64,000 bases of DNA from Sulfitobacter sp. (GTDB taxonomy: Bacteria > Pseudomonadota > Alphaproteobacteria > Rhodobacterales > Rhodobacteraceae), in assembly GCA_017854855.1 (NCBI GenBank), contig JAFMGZ010000002.1, forward strand, positions 44,768 to 108,767, read 5' to 3'. The notes beneath the pieces were generated by a model, which worked only from the letters and a program-made list of their open reading frames with translations, had not been told where the DNA came from and ran no database searches. Below are positions 28,167-37,790 of the stretch, piece after piece. How positions within the stretch are numbered: position 1 is the first letter of the stretch; each line of letters opens with the position of its first letter. A program made the translations under genes and the position numbers.

Positions 28167-28514
28167 GTGCTTAATTCATATCGCAAAGGCCTGTTCGCCT
28201 GCGCTGCCAGCCTGGTTGTTGCTGCGGGTACCACGCAGGCCGGGACGCATTCCGTGACGATCTTTGATGGGGGCTATTTCCCCGCCGTGATCCATGTTTT
28301 GCCAGGCGACAGCATCGTTTTCGAAAACCTGAGCGAAGGATCGCATGTTTTGAGGGGAGCAAATGACAGCTGGACCTCTGGCCCGATTGCGCGTGCCAGC
28401 ACCTTCCACCTTGTTGTGCAGGACGAAACACCCCTGACCTATATCGGGGTCAATCAGAACGGGTCCGAAGTCTTTGGTGAGATCAGTTTTCAGCCAGCGC
28501 CACTGGAAGAGTAG
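28167..28514 (+). CDS. small secreted beta-sandwich (cupredoxin-like) protein, function unknown
   Basis: AAGGAG at 28154-28159, 7 nt before an in-frame GTG at 28167. Signal peptide (…LVVAAGTTQAG). …VIHVLPGDSIVFENLSEGSHVL… resembles a cupredoxin strand pattern, but no Cys/Met copper ligands follow. The track ORF (27969) is over-extended into the LysR gene. Confidence 0.5.
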   Translation: MLNSYRKGLFACAASLVVAAGTTQAGTHSVTIFDGGYFPAVIHVLPGDSIVFENLSEGSHVLRGANDSWTSGPIARASTFHLVVQDETPLTYIGVNQNGSEVFGEISFQPAPLEE

Positions 28515-28628
28515 CGCGTCGTCGCAAACGCTGCCCCCTTGACGCTGCCTGCAATCAAACAGGTCCCCGCGTTGAGGGGTGGCTGATCTATCGGGTGATG
28601 CAACAGACGCTTTATCCAGGCCCCGCAG

Positions 28629-29315
28629 TCAGCGGCCTCCGTCCTGCGGTGCCAGCGGCTGAATCAAAGCCGCGCCTTTGGCTCGATTTGAATTGACCGC
28701 CCGGTCCACACGGTGCCACGCCAGCAGGTCCTTAGCTGCGGGGCACATCAGTCTGGCTGCGCCCTTGCCTGCCTCACCCAGCCACAAGGGCCAATCGGCC
28801 TGGTTCACGATGACGGGCATCCGGTGATGGATGGATTGCATCGGCTGGTTTGCCGCCGTGGTGACGATGGCACAGGTTGACATCACGCCTTCCTCCCCTG
28901 CCTGCCAATCTTGCCAGATGGCGGCAAAGGCCAATGGTTCAGAACTCTTGGCAAAAATATACCACGGATCGCGACCGCCTTGGGCGTCTTTGGTCCATTC
29001 ATAAAACCCGCTGGCCACGATCAAGCCCCGGCGTGTGCGGGCCGCATCGCCGAACGCAGGCAGTTTTGCGATGGTTTCCGCGCGCGCGTTGATCAGCAGG
29101 GGGCCGTCTGATGGTTTCTTGTACCAGCGTGGAATAAAGCCCCAGCGCATCGATCGCAGCCGCCGCCCACCCGATCCGTCTGCCGTCACGATATGCACCT
29201 GATCCGTGGGGCAAACGTTATAATTTGGCACCTTTGGTAGATCATTATCGGGGCGTGCGGCGAAAAGCTGTGCCATTGCATCAGGCGGCACGGTCACGGC
29301 CATGCGTCCACACAT
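28629..29315 (-). CDS. SOS-response-associated peptidase (SRAP/YedK, abasic-site processing protein)
   Basis: Starts MCGRMAV (catalytic Cys2). …ARAETIAKLPAFGDA…, …GFYEW…, …HHRMPVIV… are the SRAP hallmarks. Confidence 0.88.
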   Translation of the reverse strand: MCGRMAVTVPPDAMAQLFAARPDNDLPKVPNYNVCPTDQVHIVTADGSGGRRLRSMRWGFIPRWYKKPSDGPLLINARAETIAKLPAFGDAARTRRGLIVASGFYEWTKDAQGGRDPWYIFAKSSEPLAFAAIWQDWQAGEEGVMSTCAIVTTAANQPMQSIHHRMPVIVNQADWPLWLGEAGKGAARLMCPAAKDLLAWHRVDRAVNSNRAKGAALIQPLAPQDGGR

Positions 29316-29481
29316 CGATCTGGGCCTTTCTGGTTCCTGAAGTGATGCAATCTTAGCCGCTTTGCCGACGGTTGGCAAAATGGCGCATCATAGTGGTTTA
29401 AACATGGGTCGTGATCTGGCAGATTGAAAGAAAAGCAGCGCCGAGGGCCTTCACATCAAACAACTTCTTCCCATTTCCGCA

Positions 29482-30726
29482 TTGCTTATTGGGTCTGCCT
29501 TCATGCTTTTTGCAGGCGGCATCAATTCCCTGATCCTTCCGGTACGTGGCAATATCGAAGGCTTCAGTTCAGTCTCTTTGGGCCTGTTGGGGACGGGATG
29601 GGCGCTGGGATATGTGACGGGCTGTGTCATGACGTCTTCGGTGGTGGCGCGGGTGGGTCATATCCGCGCCTTTGGCGTGCTTTGCGCGATTGCTGCCGTG
29701 TCCATGCTGCTGAGTGCGATCATGATCACCCCGTGGACATGGGTCATTCTGCGCGGTCTGTGCGGGTTTTGTTTCGCCGGTGCTGCCATGATCGTCGAAA
29801 GCTGGCTGAGCGAGCGGACCGACGCAGGATCCAGGGGCCGTGTCTTTGGCGTCTATACCATGGTCAACCTGGGGGCCACGACCGCAGGCTATATGGTGCT
29901 GACCCTGGGCGATGCATCGGGGTTTGTGTTTTTCGCATTGGCGGCGATTTTCTATTGTCTGGCCCTGGTGCCCACCGCGCTGAGCAACACCAGCACGCCC
30001 ACCCCCTTGGTCAGCGTCAAGCTGAACCTGCGCGCACTCTGGCGCAATTCGCCGGTGGCGGTTTTCGCGGTGTTCTGGGTGGGTGTGTCCAACTCCGCCT
30101 TTGGCACATTGGCGGCGGTCTATGCGCAGAATGTCGGGCTGACGCTGGCGGCGGTGGCGCTGTTCACCTCCATTCCCATTCTTGTCGGTGCATTGATGCA
30201 GATGCCCGTCGGCGCATTGTCAGACAGGATGGACCGCCGCAAGGTGCTGGCGGGCATCACGGTGCTGGCGCTAGGCGCGGATATCGCCTTTATCGTCCTC
30301 GCACCGCAAAGCCAGATGGCGAATTACATGCTTGCTGCCCTGCTGGGCGGGTCGATCTTTGCGATGTATCCGGTGATCGTGGCCCATGCCAATGACCACG
30401 CAGAGCCCGGCACCTCCCTGCAGATATCGGGCGGGCTGCTGCTGACCTTTGGCATCGGCTCCATTCTGGGGCCCACCTTTGCCGGTTTGGCCATGGCCGA
30501 GATCGGCAACCGGGCCCTTTTTGCCGTGACCTCATTTTCACATGTTGTGATCGTGCTCTATACGTTCTGGCGGATCAGCCGCCGCCATGCCGTGGCCGAA
30601 GAAGAGAAATCCGACTTTCAGCCGATTTCGGCAGGGCGCACCTCCAACCTGCCCGCAGCTGAACTTCAGGACGAAGCGGTTTCCCCGCACGATGACGGCA
30701 CGCGCCCTGCAACTGCGAAAATATGA
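29482..30726 (+). CDS. MFS transporter
   Basis: 12 hydrophobic segments. …GALSDRMDRRKVL… loop motif. TTG start; the ATG at 29503 is an alternative. Confidence 0.8.
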   Translation: MLIGSAFMLFAGGINSLILPVRGNIEGFSSVSLGLLGTGWALGYVTGCVMTSSVVARVGHIRAFGVLCAIAAVSMLLSAIMITPWTWVILRGLCGFCFAGAAMIVESWLSERTDAGSRGRVFGVYTMVNLGATTAGYMVLTLGDASGFVFFALAAIFYCLALVPTALSNTSTPTPLVSVKLNLRALWRNSPVAVFAVFWVGVSNSAFGTLAAVYAQNVGLTLAAVALFTSIPILVGALMQMPVGALSDRMDRRKVLAGITVLALGADIAFIVLAPQSQMANYMLAALLGGSIFAMYPVIVAHANDHAEPGTSLQISGGLLLTFGIGSILGPTFAGLAMAEIGNRALFAVTSFSHVVIVLYTFWRISRRHAVAEEEKSDFQPISAGRTSNLPAAELQDEAVSPHDDGTRPATAKI

Positions 30727-30753
30727 AAAAGGCGCATCCGTCGGATGCGCCTT
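30726..30753 (-). terminator. intrinsic terminator for the 5'-nucleotidase gene (possibly bidirectional with the MFS gene)
   Basis: AAGGCGCATCC-gtc-GGATGCGCCTT, a perfect 11-bp stem. On the minus strand it is followed by TTTTTC. Confidence 0.7.
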
Positions 30754-30795
30754 GATCATGTGACCTAAGCCCTTATTCAGGCCCGAGACGGGTGA

Positions 30796-32367
30796 TTACT
30801 TCACCGTGATACGGCCGTCTGTATAGGGCTTGTAGGGCGCATTGGCCGCCAGGAACTCTGCCGTGACATCGGCAAGATCCGGGCCAAAGTCATAGGCGTT
30901 CTGCGCATCGCGGAACATCTTGTAGCCGTCGCCGCCGTTGCGCACGTAGTTGTTGGACACCACACCATAAAGCTTGTCCATCTCGATCGGCGCGCCGCCG
31001 ACCATCACGTCGCTGATCCGGCTGCCCGCAGGCTGGGACGCATCAAGACTATAGGACATACCAGCCACCTGCGGGAAACGCCCTGCACCTTCCTCGATCT
31101 GGCTTACGCCATTCTCAAGCGCTGCAACCACTACCGCACCTGTCACCTGAAAGGTGGAAAGCGTGTTCTGGAAAGGCAGCACGGTCAGCACATCGCCCAT
31201 GGTCACCTCGCCCGCGTCGATCGAGGCACGGATGCCGCCGCCGTTCTGGATGGCGATCTGGATGCCCTGATCGGCGACCCGCGCCAGCATCGCATCGGCA
31301 ATCAGGTTGCCCATGGTGCATTCCATCGCCCGGCAGACCGCACGGTCCCCGCCGATGGGATCGGCGGTCTGGGCCACAACCTTGTTGCGGATTTCCTCAA
31401 GCGGGGCTGCCGCCTGTGAAATACGCTCAACCGTGCCATGATCCTCGGTGACCGCCGCGTCCATGATCAAGGGCTCGCCCTTGGCCTCGGTGACGTTGCC
31501 TGCATCGTCGAAGGTGACGTTCAGCTCACCCAGGAACTTGCCATAGGCATAGGCCTGCACGATGGCGGTGTTGCCGACCATGGTGGGATAAGGCCCTTCG
31601 GCGCGTTCATCGGTGTTCGACAGCAGCGTGTTGGAATGCCCGCCCACGATCACATCAACACCCGTGGCCCCTGCGGCCACCTTTTGATCCACCGCATAGC
31701 CGGAGTGGCTGAGCACGATGATTTTGTTCACCCCTTCGGCTGTCAGTTTGTCGACCTCTGCCTGCACCGCCTCCACCGGATCGGTGAAGATGATATTGGG
31801 GCCGGGGCTGGCCAGTTCATCGGTGTCCTGCGGGGTCAGGCCGATCAGGCCCAGCTTTTCGCCGCCGCGCTCGATGATCGTCGACTTGGCCAGTTTACCT
31901 GCCAGCAACGGTTCGCCCGAGACATCCGCATTGGACATCAGCACCGGAAAATTGACCGCGTCCATGAAGCCCCTAAGCACCTCTGGCCCATCATCGAATT
32001 CATGGTTGCCGACGGTCATCGCGTCATAGCCCATCTTGTTCATCATCTCGGCTGCCAGCGCACCCTTGTAATAGGTGTAGAACAGCGTGCCCTGAAACTG
32101 GTCCCCGCCATCGACCAGAATGGAGTTATTCGTGCGGCTGCGGGCCTGTGTGATGGCCGTGACCAGACGGCCGGAACCGCCAAAGCATTTTCCCTCGCCG
32201 TTGTCCTCTGCCGAGCAGGGACCGTCATATTTGCTGATCGGCTCAAAGCGGGCGTGGAAGTCATTCGTGTGCAGGATCGTCAGGTTATAGTCAGCAGCAG
32301 CGGCACCGGCCGTCAGGCCAAGCGCACCAATGCCAAGGGCGGTTACGCGGGTCAGAAGTCGTTTCAT
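30796..32367 (-). CDS. periplasmic bifunctional metallophosphatase/5'-nucleotidase (UshA-like)
   Basis: Signal peptide. …ILHTNDFHARFEP…, …GGDQFQGT…, …GNHEFD…, …GGHSNT… metallophosphatase motifs plus a C-terminal 5'-nucleotidase domain. Confidence 0.88.
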   Translation of the reverse strand: MKRLLTRVTALGIGALGLTAGAAAADYNLTILHTNDFHARFEPISKYDGPCSAEDNGEGKCFGGSGRLVTAITQARSRTNNSILVDGGDQFQGTLFYTYYKGALAAEMMNKMGYDAMTVGNHEFDDGPEVLRGFMDAVNFPVLMSNADVSGEPLLAGKLAKSTIIERGGEKLGLIGLTPQDTDELASPGPNIIFTDPVEAVQAEVDKLTAEGVNKIIVLSHSGYAVDQKVAAGATGVDVIVGGHSNTLLSNTDERAEGPYPTMVGNTAIVQAYAYGKFLGELNVTFDDAGNVTEAKGEPLIMDAAVTEDHGTVERISQAAAPLEEIRNKVVAQTADPIGGDRAVCRAMECTMGNLIADAMLARVADQGIQIAIQNGGGIRASIDAGEVTMGDVLTVLPFQNTLSTFQVTGAVVVAALENGVSQIEEGAGRFPQVAGMSYSLDASQPAGSRISDVMVGGAPIEMDKLYGVVSNNYVRNGGDGYKMFRDAQNAYDFGPDLADVTAEFLAANAPYKPYTDGRITVK

Positions 32368-32520
32368 TGGTTTTCCCCCAATTGGAATCTGTATCTTTCA
32401 TCGTGACTTGGCCTATTGGCTGAGTCAAAGACCTTGTGCGCGGCTGCCCCAGCGTCAGAGAGCTGTGGCGCGGAATCTGCCCAACCGGGAGGCGCGGATT
32501 TTCATCTTCGGTGGGGATTT

Positions 32521-32546
32521 AGGTATTTATGGCCAAAAAGAGGGGG
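32521..32546 (+). repeat. intergenic repeat family copy c: AGGTATTTATGGCCAAAAAGAGGGGG
   Basis: Lies in the 263-bp divergent region between the 5'-nucleotidase gene and the DUF952 gene. Confidence 0.8.
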
Positions 32547-32630
32547 CAACAGTGGCAGAATATTATGGCTTTTGGGGATGCCGCGCTGCGATGGCTTGAC
32601 CTGCCCGGATGGTGAGGGCATCACCGTCCC

Positions 32631-32981
32631 ATGTTGATTTACAAGATTTTCCGCACCGAAGAATGGGACCACCTGCGCAAGAGCGGTGAGACCGATGGGG
32701 CACCGATTGACCTGGCCGATGGCTTTGTCCATTTTTCGACTGCCGCACAGGCAGCCGAAACGGCAGCCAAGCATTTTGCCGGGGTCGAGGGCCTGTTCCT
32801 GGTCGCCGTCGATGCGCAGGCTGCGGGTGATGCGCTGAAATGGGAAGTGTCGCGCAATGACGACATGTTCCCGCATCTGTACCGCAAGATGACCCTGGAT
32901 GACGTGGTCTGGGCCCAGCCCCTGCCCTTTGAAAACGGCGTGCACCAGTTTCCGCCGGGCCTGGCCGAGGCCAGCGCATGA
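32631..32981 (+). CDS. DUF952-family protein
   Basis: MLIYKIFRTEEW…GAPIDLADGFVHFSTAAQ…FPHLY pattern characteristic of DUF952. 116 aa. Confidence 0.75.
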   Translation: MLIYKIFRTEEWDHLRKSGETDGAPIDLADGFVHFSTAAQAAETAAKHFAGVEGLFLVAVDAQAAGDALKWEVSRNDDMFPHLYRKMTLDDVVWAQPLPFENGVHQFPPGLAEASA

Positions 32982-33409
32982 CCCTCTTTGTCGATCCAGA
33001 TCGAGCCCAGTTTGATGCCTTCAAGGCGCTGGACCGTGACACCGAGCTGAACATGCTCAATCTGGTCAAGTTCAACGATCTGGCTAAATATCCCGGTGAC
33101 CATGATCTGGCCCGTGACGGGCTGACCGGGGCCGAAGCCTATGCCAATTACGGCAGATATTCGGGGCCTGTCTTGAAAAAGGTCGGTGGCAGCATTCTGT
33201 GGCGCGGCAGTTTCGAGGCGGGTTTGATCGGTCCATCGGAAGAGGTTTGGGATGCGATGTTCATCGCCCGTTATCCCAATGCCCATGCCTTTCTCGCGAT
33301 GATCGCCGATCCGGCCTATCAGGTGGCGGTGGTGCACCGGCAGGCGGCGGTACAGACCTCGCGGCTGATCCGGACCCGGCCTGCCGCAGTGACGGATGTC
33401 TTTGGATGA
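32978..33409 (+). CDS. DUF1330-family protein
   Basis: …LNLVKF…[20 protein letters not shown]…[13 protein letters not shown]…Y… pattern of DUF1330. ATGA overlap at both ends. Confidence 0.75.
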   Translation: MTLFVDPDRAQFDAFKALDRDTELNMLNLVKFNDLAKYPGDHDLARDGLTGAEAYANYGRYSGPVLKKVGGSILWRGSFEAGLIGPSEEVWDAMFIARYPNAHAFLAMIADPAYQVAVVHRQAAVQTSRLIRTRPAAVTDVFG

Positions 33410-34449
33410 ACGCGGTGATGGAACGACTGGGCCTGGCGGCCTTGCGCCGTCTGGACCCAGAGGTCGCCCATGGTCTGGCGATCCGTGCCTTGCAAGCCGG
33501 GCTGGCCCCCGGCCCCGGGCCGATCACCTCGGCACGGTTACAGACCACGGTGGCGGGGCTGGCCCTGCCCAATCCCGTGGGCCTTGCCGCAGGCTTTGAC
33601 AAGAACGCCACAGCCGTCGCGCCGCTGTCAAAATGCGGTTTCGGTTTTATCGAGGTGGGGGCCGCCACGCCGGTGGCGCAACCGGGCAATCCCAAGCCGC
33701 GTCTGTTTCGCCTGACGCAAGATCGCGCCGCGATCAATCGCTTTGGCTTTAACAATGACGGGGCAGAGGCGATCTGTGCCCGGCTCGCGCGGCGCGGTGC
33801 GGGCATACCCGTAGGGCTGAACCTGGGGGCCAACAAGACCAGCACTGACCGGGCTGCCGATTTTGCCAAAGTCATGATTGCCGCCCGCGATCATGTGGAT
33901 TTTGCCACGGTCAACGTCTCTTCGCCCAATACCGAAAAGCTGCGCGATCTGCAGGGCAAGGCCGCCCTTGCCGCGCTGCTGGACGGGGTGATGGAGGTGC
34001 GCGGTGCCACGCCGGTCTTTTTGAAGATCGCGCCGGATCTGACCCCGCAAGAGATTGCTGATGTGGCCGAAGTGGCCCAGGCGGCGGGCATATCGGCGAT
34101 CATTGCCACCAATACCACGCTGGACCGCAGCGGGCTGCACGGTCCCCATGCTCATGAGGCGGGCGGGCTGTCCGGCGCGCCCTTGTTTGACAAATCGACC
34201 CGCGTTCTGGCGCAGCTTTCGGCCCTGACCGATATCCCGCTGATCGGTGTCGGCGGCATCAGCACGCCCGAGCACGCCTATGCCAAGATCTGTGCCGGTG
34301 CCTGTGCCGTGCAGCTTTACACAGCGCTGGTGTTTGGCGGCATGACGCTGGTCTCTGAAATCGTCAGGGGGATCGACAGGATGCTGGAACGCGACGGTTT
34401 CGACAACGTGGCACAGGCCGTGGGCAGCAAGAGAGCAGAATGGCTGTGA
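33406..34449 (+). CDS. pyrD: dihydroorotate dehydrogenase (quinone), class 2
   Basis: …[14 protein letters not shown]…GFIEVG…, …NVSSPNT…LR…, …IATNTT…, …IGVGGI…. Start re-picked at the ATG at 33406. Confidence 0.92.
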   Translation: MNAVMERLGLAALRRLDPEVAHGLAIRALQAGLAPGPGPITSARLQTTVAGLALPNPVGLAAGFDKNATAVAPLSKCGFGFIEVGAATPVAQPGNPKPRLFRLTQDRAAINRFGFNNDGAEAICARLARRGAGIPVGLNLGANKTSTDRAADFAKVMIAARDHVDFATVNVSSPNTEKLRDLQGKAALAALLDGVMEVRGATPVFLKIAPDLTPQEIADVAEVAQAAGISAIIATNTTLDRSGLHGPHAHEAGGLSGAPLFDKSTRVLAQLSALTDIPLIGVGGISTPEHAYAKICAGACAVQLYTALVFGGMTLVSEIVRGIDRMLERDGFDNVAQAVGSKRAEWL

Positions 34450-34790
34450 TCACGCTTTGGCATAATCCGCGCTGTTCCAAATCGCGCCAGACCCTTGCCC
34501 TGATTGAGGCAGCCGGTGCTGCCATGACGGTCCGGCGCTACCTGGAGGACGCACCAAGCGGCGGCGAGATCGAGGCGGTGCGCCGCGCACTTGGTATGCC
34601 GCCCGTGATCCAGATGATGCGCCGCGGCGAGGAAACATTCAAGGCGCTGGGGCTGTCCAAGGACACGCCAGATGCCGCACTGATCGCCGCCATGGCCGCC
34701 CATCCCATCCTGATCGAGCGCCCGATTGCCATCAAGGCAGGGCGCGCCGTGATCGGCCGCCCGCCCGAGGCGGTTCAGGCGCTGCTCTGA
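34440..34790 (+). CDS. ArsC-family (glutaredoxin-type arsenate reductase/Spx-like fold) protein
   Basis: [17 protein letters not shown]-terminus with the catalytic Cys. …ILIERPI…. 116 aa. 10-nt overlap with pyrD. Confidence 0.85.
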   Translation: MAVITLWHNPRCSKSRQTLALIEAAGAAMTVRRYLEDAPSGGEIEAVRRALGMPPVIQMMRRGEETFKALGLSKDTPDAALIAAMAAHPILIERPIAIKAGRAVIGRPPEAVQALL

Positions 34791-36160
34791 CGGGCCACAA
34801 CCGCCCGTTCCAGCGCCGGATACCGCAAACCCAAGGTGACGCCGCGTGCCACAAAGGCGATCAGCATGGCCGCCCAAAGACCGTGATTGCCAAAGACCGG
34901 CACCAGCGCCATCACGGCGATGACATAGATCACGAAAGACACCAGCATCATGTTGCGCATATCGCGGGACCGTGTGGCACCGATAAAGATGCCATCCAGC
35001 ATAAAGGCCGCACAGCCCGTCAGCGGCACCAGCAAGACATAGGGCAGATAGACCCGCGCGGCCTCTTGAACCGCTTCGGCCTTGGCCATCAGATCAATGA
35101 TCCCCGGCCCGGCGAAGGCGAAAAACACCGTCAGCACAAGCGACACGATGCCCGCCCAAAAGGACGTCACCCGTGCGGCCCGGCGCAGCACGGCGCGCTG
35201 GCCCGCACCCACGGCGCGGCCCACCAGCGCCTCTGCGGCAAAGGCGAAACCATCCAGACCATAGGCCGTGATCATCAGGAATTGCATCAAGACCTGATTG
35301 GCGGCCAAGGTCACATCCCCCATGTCCGACCCGATAAAGAGGAAAGAGACAAACATCGCCTGCAACAGCAAGGAGCGGATCAGAATGTCGGAATTCAGCT
35401 TGACCATCCGCACCCAGCGCAGCCGGTCAAAGACCCGCGCCCAATTGCGCCAGTCGGGCTGCCGGAACGCCGCGCGGCAAAACCACAGGCCCATGGCGGC
35501 ACCGCTGACTTCGGCGATAAAGGTGGCAAGGGCCACCCCGCCCACGCCCCAGCCCAGGCCCAGCACAAACCACAAATCCAGCACCACATTCAGCCCGTTC
35601 ATCCAGATCTGGATGACCAGCACCGCGCGGGTCCGTTCCTGCGCGATCAGCCAGCCGGTGATCGCATAAAGGGCGATGGCCGCCGGCGCTGACCAGATGC
35701 GGATGTTCATATAGGCGCGGGCCAGGCTTTCTACCTCATCCGACGCGGGCGACACCTGGAATGCGGCCCAGAACAGCGGGATTTGCAGCGCGATCACCGC
35801 CACCCCCGCCCCCAGGCCAATCATCAGTCCGCGTGTCAAAAGCGCCGCCACCTCGGCGCTGTCATCTTCGCCCGCTGCCTGCGCCGTCAGCCCCACGGTG
35901 CCCATGCGCAGAAAGCCGAAGAACCAGTAAAACGCCGACAGAATGATCGCGCCGATGCCCACGGCACCGATCGGGGCCGCCAGCCCGATCTGGCCCACGA
36001 CGCCGGTGTCTACGGCCCCCAGTATCGGCACGGTCGCGTTGGAAATCATGATGGGCAGCGCAATGTTCAGGACCCGCTTGTGGGTGACGGTCCTGCGGGC
36101 CTCTGGCGCGCCCTGCTGCGCGCTGTGCGGGGCGCTGTTTGCCGCCGGGTCCGGGGTCAT
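34775..36160 (-). CDS. MATE-family efflux transporter
   Basis: 12-TM profile. …ALPIMISNATVPILGAVDTGVVGQ… N-terminal MatE repeat. Start re-picked at the ATG at 36160, one nt after the thioesterase stop. Confidence 0.85.
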   Translation of the reverse strand: MTPDPAANSAPHSAQQGAPEARRTVTHKRVLNIALPIMISNATVPILGAVDTGVVGQIGLAAPIGAVGIGAIILSAFYWFFGFLRMGTVGLTAQAAGEDDSAEVAALLTRGLMIGLGAGVAVIALQIPLFWAAFQVSPASDEVESLARAYMNIRIWSAPAAIALYAITGWLIAQERTRAVLVIQIWMNGLNVVLDLWFVLGLGWGVGGVALATFIAEVSGAAMGLWFCRAAFRQPDWRNWARVFDRLRWVRMVKLNSDILIRSLLLQAMFVSFLFIGSDMGDVTLAANQVLMQFLMITAYGLDGFAFAAEALVGRAVGAGQRAVLRRAARVTSFWAGIVSLVLTVFFAFAGPGIIDLMAKAEAVQEAARVYLPYVLLVPLTGCAAFMLDGIFIGATRSRDMRNMMLVSFVIYVIAVMALVPVFGNHGLWAAMLIAFVARGVTLGLRYPALERAVVARQSSA

Positions 36161-36161
36161 G

Positions 36162-36668
36162 TCAGAGCTGGCGCTGGGGCATGACAAAATGCCCGGTGCC
36201 CTGGGCATACAGCCTGCTGCGGTTGTCCTGCCAGGCCTCGACATGAACAGAGGCATAGCGCCGACCGGCCCGGTTGATGCGCGCGCGCGCATAGCCGTCG
36301 CGCGGCAGGCCAGAGCGCAGGTAATCAACCGTGAAATCAATCGTCTTGGGCAAGCGTGGCAAACCATCCCGATCCAGGTTCTCGATATCGAGCGTGCCGT
36401 TCTCCATGTCTTCCCACAGGGTATTCCAGCTGAGCGATATGATCGCTGTCACCTCAAGAAAGGCCGCCGTCGCCCCGCCATGCAGGGCCGGCAGCATCGG
36501 GTTTCCGATCAGGTCGTCCTTGAAAGGCAGGATCGCGGTCAATTCGTCACCGCGCCGCTCAAACTGGATGCCCAGAAACTGGATGTAGGGCACCCCTTCG
36601 ACCAGTTTGCGCAAGACCGCATCGCGGCGTTGCTTGATCACTTGGACGGGTTCGGGCCGTTTGATCAT
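36162..36668 (-). CDS. PaaI/hotdog-fold thioesterase
   Basis: …NPMLPALHGGATAAFLE… (the hotdog HGG-type motif). 168 aa. Confidence 0.75.
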   Translation of the reverse strand: MIKRPEPVQVIKQRRDAVLRKLVEGVPYIQFLGIQFERRGDELTAILPFKDDLIGNPMLPALHGGATAAFLEVTAIISLSWNTLWEDMENGTLDIENLDRDGLPRLPKTIDFTVDYLRSGLPRDGYARARINRAGRRYASVHVEAWQDNRSRLYAQGTGHFVMPQRQL

Positions 36669-37087
36669 CGTTTGACCTCCACGGTGAAAGTGCCGGTGGC
36701 GGTGGCCACGGGCGTGCCCGCATCCTCGTCCGTGGCAGTGGCCCGCACAAAGGCCACGGAACGGGTCACATGATAGCAGGTCGCGGTTGTGGTGATGCGG
36801 TGCCCCGGTGTCGCCGCCCTGAGGTATTCGATCCGCAGATCCATGGTCGCGGTCAGCGACGGGTTGCTGGGGTGGCTCATCACCGCCGCCCCGCAGCAGG
36901 TGTCCATCAGGGCCGAAACCGCCCCCCCATGCACCACCCCTGTCTTGGGATCGCCGATCAGCTTTTCGGCATAGGGCATTGATATCACCGCCTCACCCGG
37001 GTCGAGCCGTTCCAGGTCCATGCCCAAGGCACGGGCATGGGGCAGCGCCTGAATGAACTGGCCTGCCATCTTGATCTTATCCGTCAT
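36665..37087 (-). CDS. PaaI/hotdog-fold thioesterase (paralog)
   Basis: …PKTGVVHGGAVSALMDT… motif. ATGA overlap with the downstream paralog. Start re-picked at the ATG at 37087. Confidence 0.75.
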   Translation of the reverse strand: MTDKIKMAGQFIQALPHARALGMDLERLDPGEAVISMPYAEKLIGDPKTGVVHGGAVSALMDTCCGAAVMSHPSNPSLTATMDLRIEYLRAATPGHRITTTATCYHVTRSVAFVRATATDEDAGTPVATATGTFTVEVKR

Positions 37088-37207
37088 ATGGGCGATGTCC
37101 TTTGGCCGGGTATTCTTCTTTATCTGCCCAGACTTCGCAAAGGGCAAGGCCACCTGTTGCGCTTGCCGCACCATCGTCCTAGCCTAGGGCCAAGGGAGTG
37201 ACGAACC

Positions 37208-37588
37208 ATGACAACGGACCGTCTGACATTCAAAGAAATGTGCGCCGAGTTTGACGTGACACCGCGCACGCTGCGGTATTATGAATATATCGAATTGCTG
37301 CAGCCTGACCGTGAAGGGCGCGCGCGCTTTTACGGGGCGCGCGAACGGGCGCGGATGAAGCTTATCTTGCAGGGCCGCAAATTCGGCTTCCCGCTTGAGA
37401 CGATCCGCCAGTGGCTGCTGATCCGCGACAAGGAAGGCAACGTCAGCCAGATGAAAGCCTGGATGACCCTTGCCGATGACCAATTGGCCGAATTGGCCGA
37501 GCAACGCGCCCAATTGGATGAAGCGATCAAAGAGCTTGAGGCCCTTCGGGTGCAGACGGCTGCTTTCCTGAAAACAGCCGTCGAATAG
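37208..37588 (+). CDS. MerR-family transcriptional regulator
   Basis: HTH …FKEMCAEFDVTPRTLRYYEYIELL… plus a C-terminal coiled coil. Divergent from the thioesterase/MATE operon. Confidence 0.85.
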   Translation: MTTDRLTFKEMCAEFDVTPRTLRYYEYIELLQPDREGRARFYGARERARMKLILQGRKFGFPLETIRQWLLIRDKEGNVSQMKAWMTLADDQLAELAEQRAQLDEAIKELEALRVQTAAFLKTAVE

Positions 37589-37790
37589 ACCGCTTTGTCA
37601 CCCTTGCGACTGCCGCCTGACCTGCTTTGCCGGGCGCGACATCTTGGGGCGACGGGTACTGTCATTGTACCGAATCCCCCCTTTGGCGCAGAGTGCCTAT
37701 CTGCCAGATCGCGCGCGCGCCCCTGCACTGTCCGCCAGGGAAAACCCCTATGCACCCCCCAAAACGGCCCATTCTTTCGGCAAAATCAAA

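Noticed and set aside
29316-29420. Possible SOS (LexA) box upstream of the SRAP/yedK-like gene
   Set aside because: I looked for the alphaproteobacterial GTTC-N7-GTTC direct repeat. Only one GTTC half-site is present (GTTCCTGAAGTGATG), with no second half.
32467-32500. Direct repeat GGCGCGGAAT … GGCGCGGATT (24-bp period) in the 5'-nucleotidase/DUF952 divergent region
   Set aside because: Short GC-rich decamers recur by chance in this composition, and no matching third site or palindrome is present. I mention it only because it abuts repeat copy c.
34775-36367. N-terminally extended ORF-track models. Examples: MATE 530 aa, pyrD from 33199, FKBP from 14779, fabA from 9847, upp from 55040, MipA from 61515.
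   Set aside because: The extensions overlap upstream genes, have shadow-frame composition, and precede internal ATGs that give canonical N-termini (MCGR…, [10 protein letters not shown]…, MTEVKSGD…). I trimmed them rather than treating them as unusual fusions.
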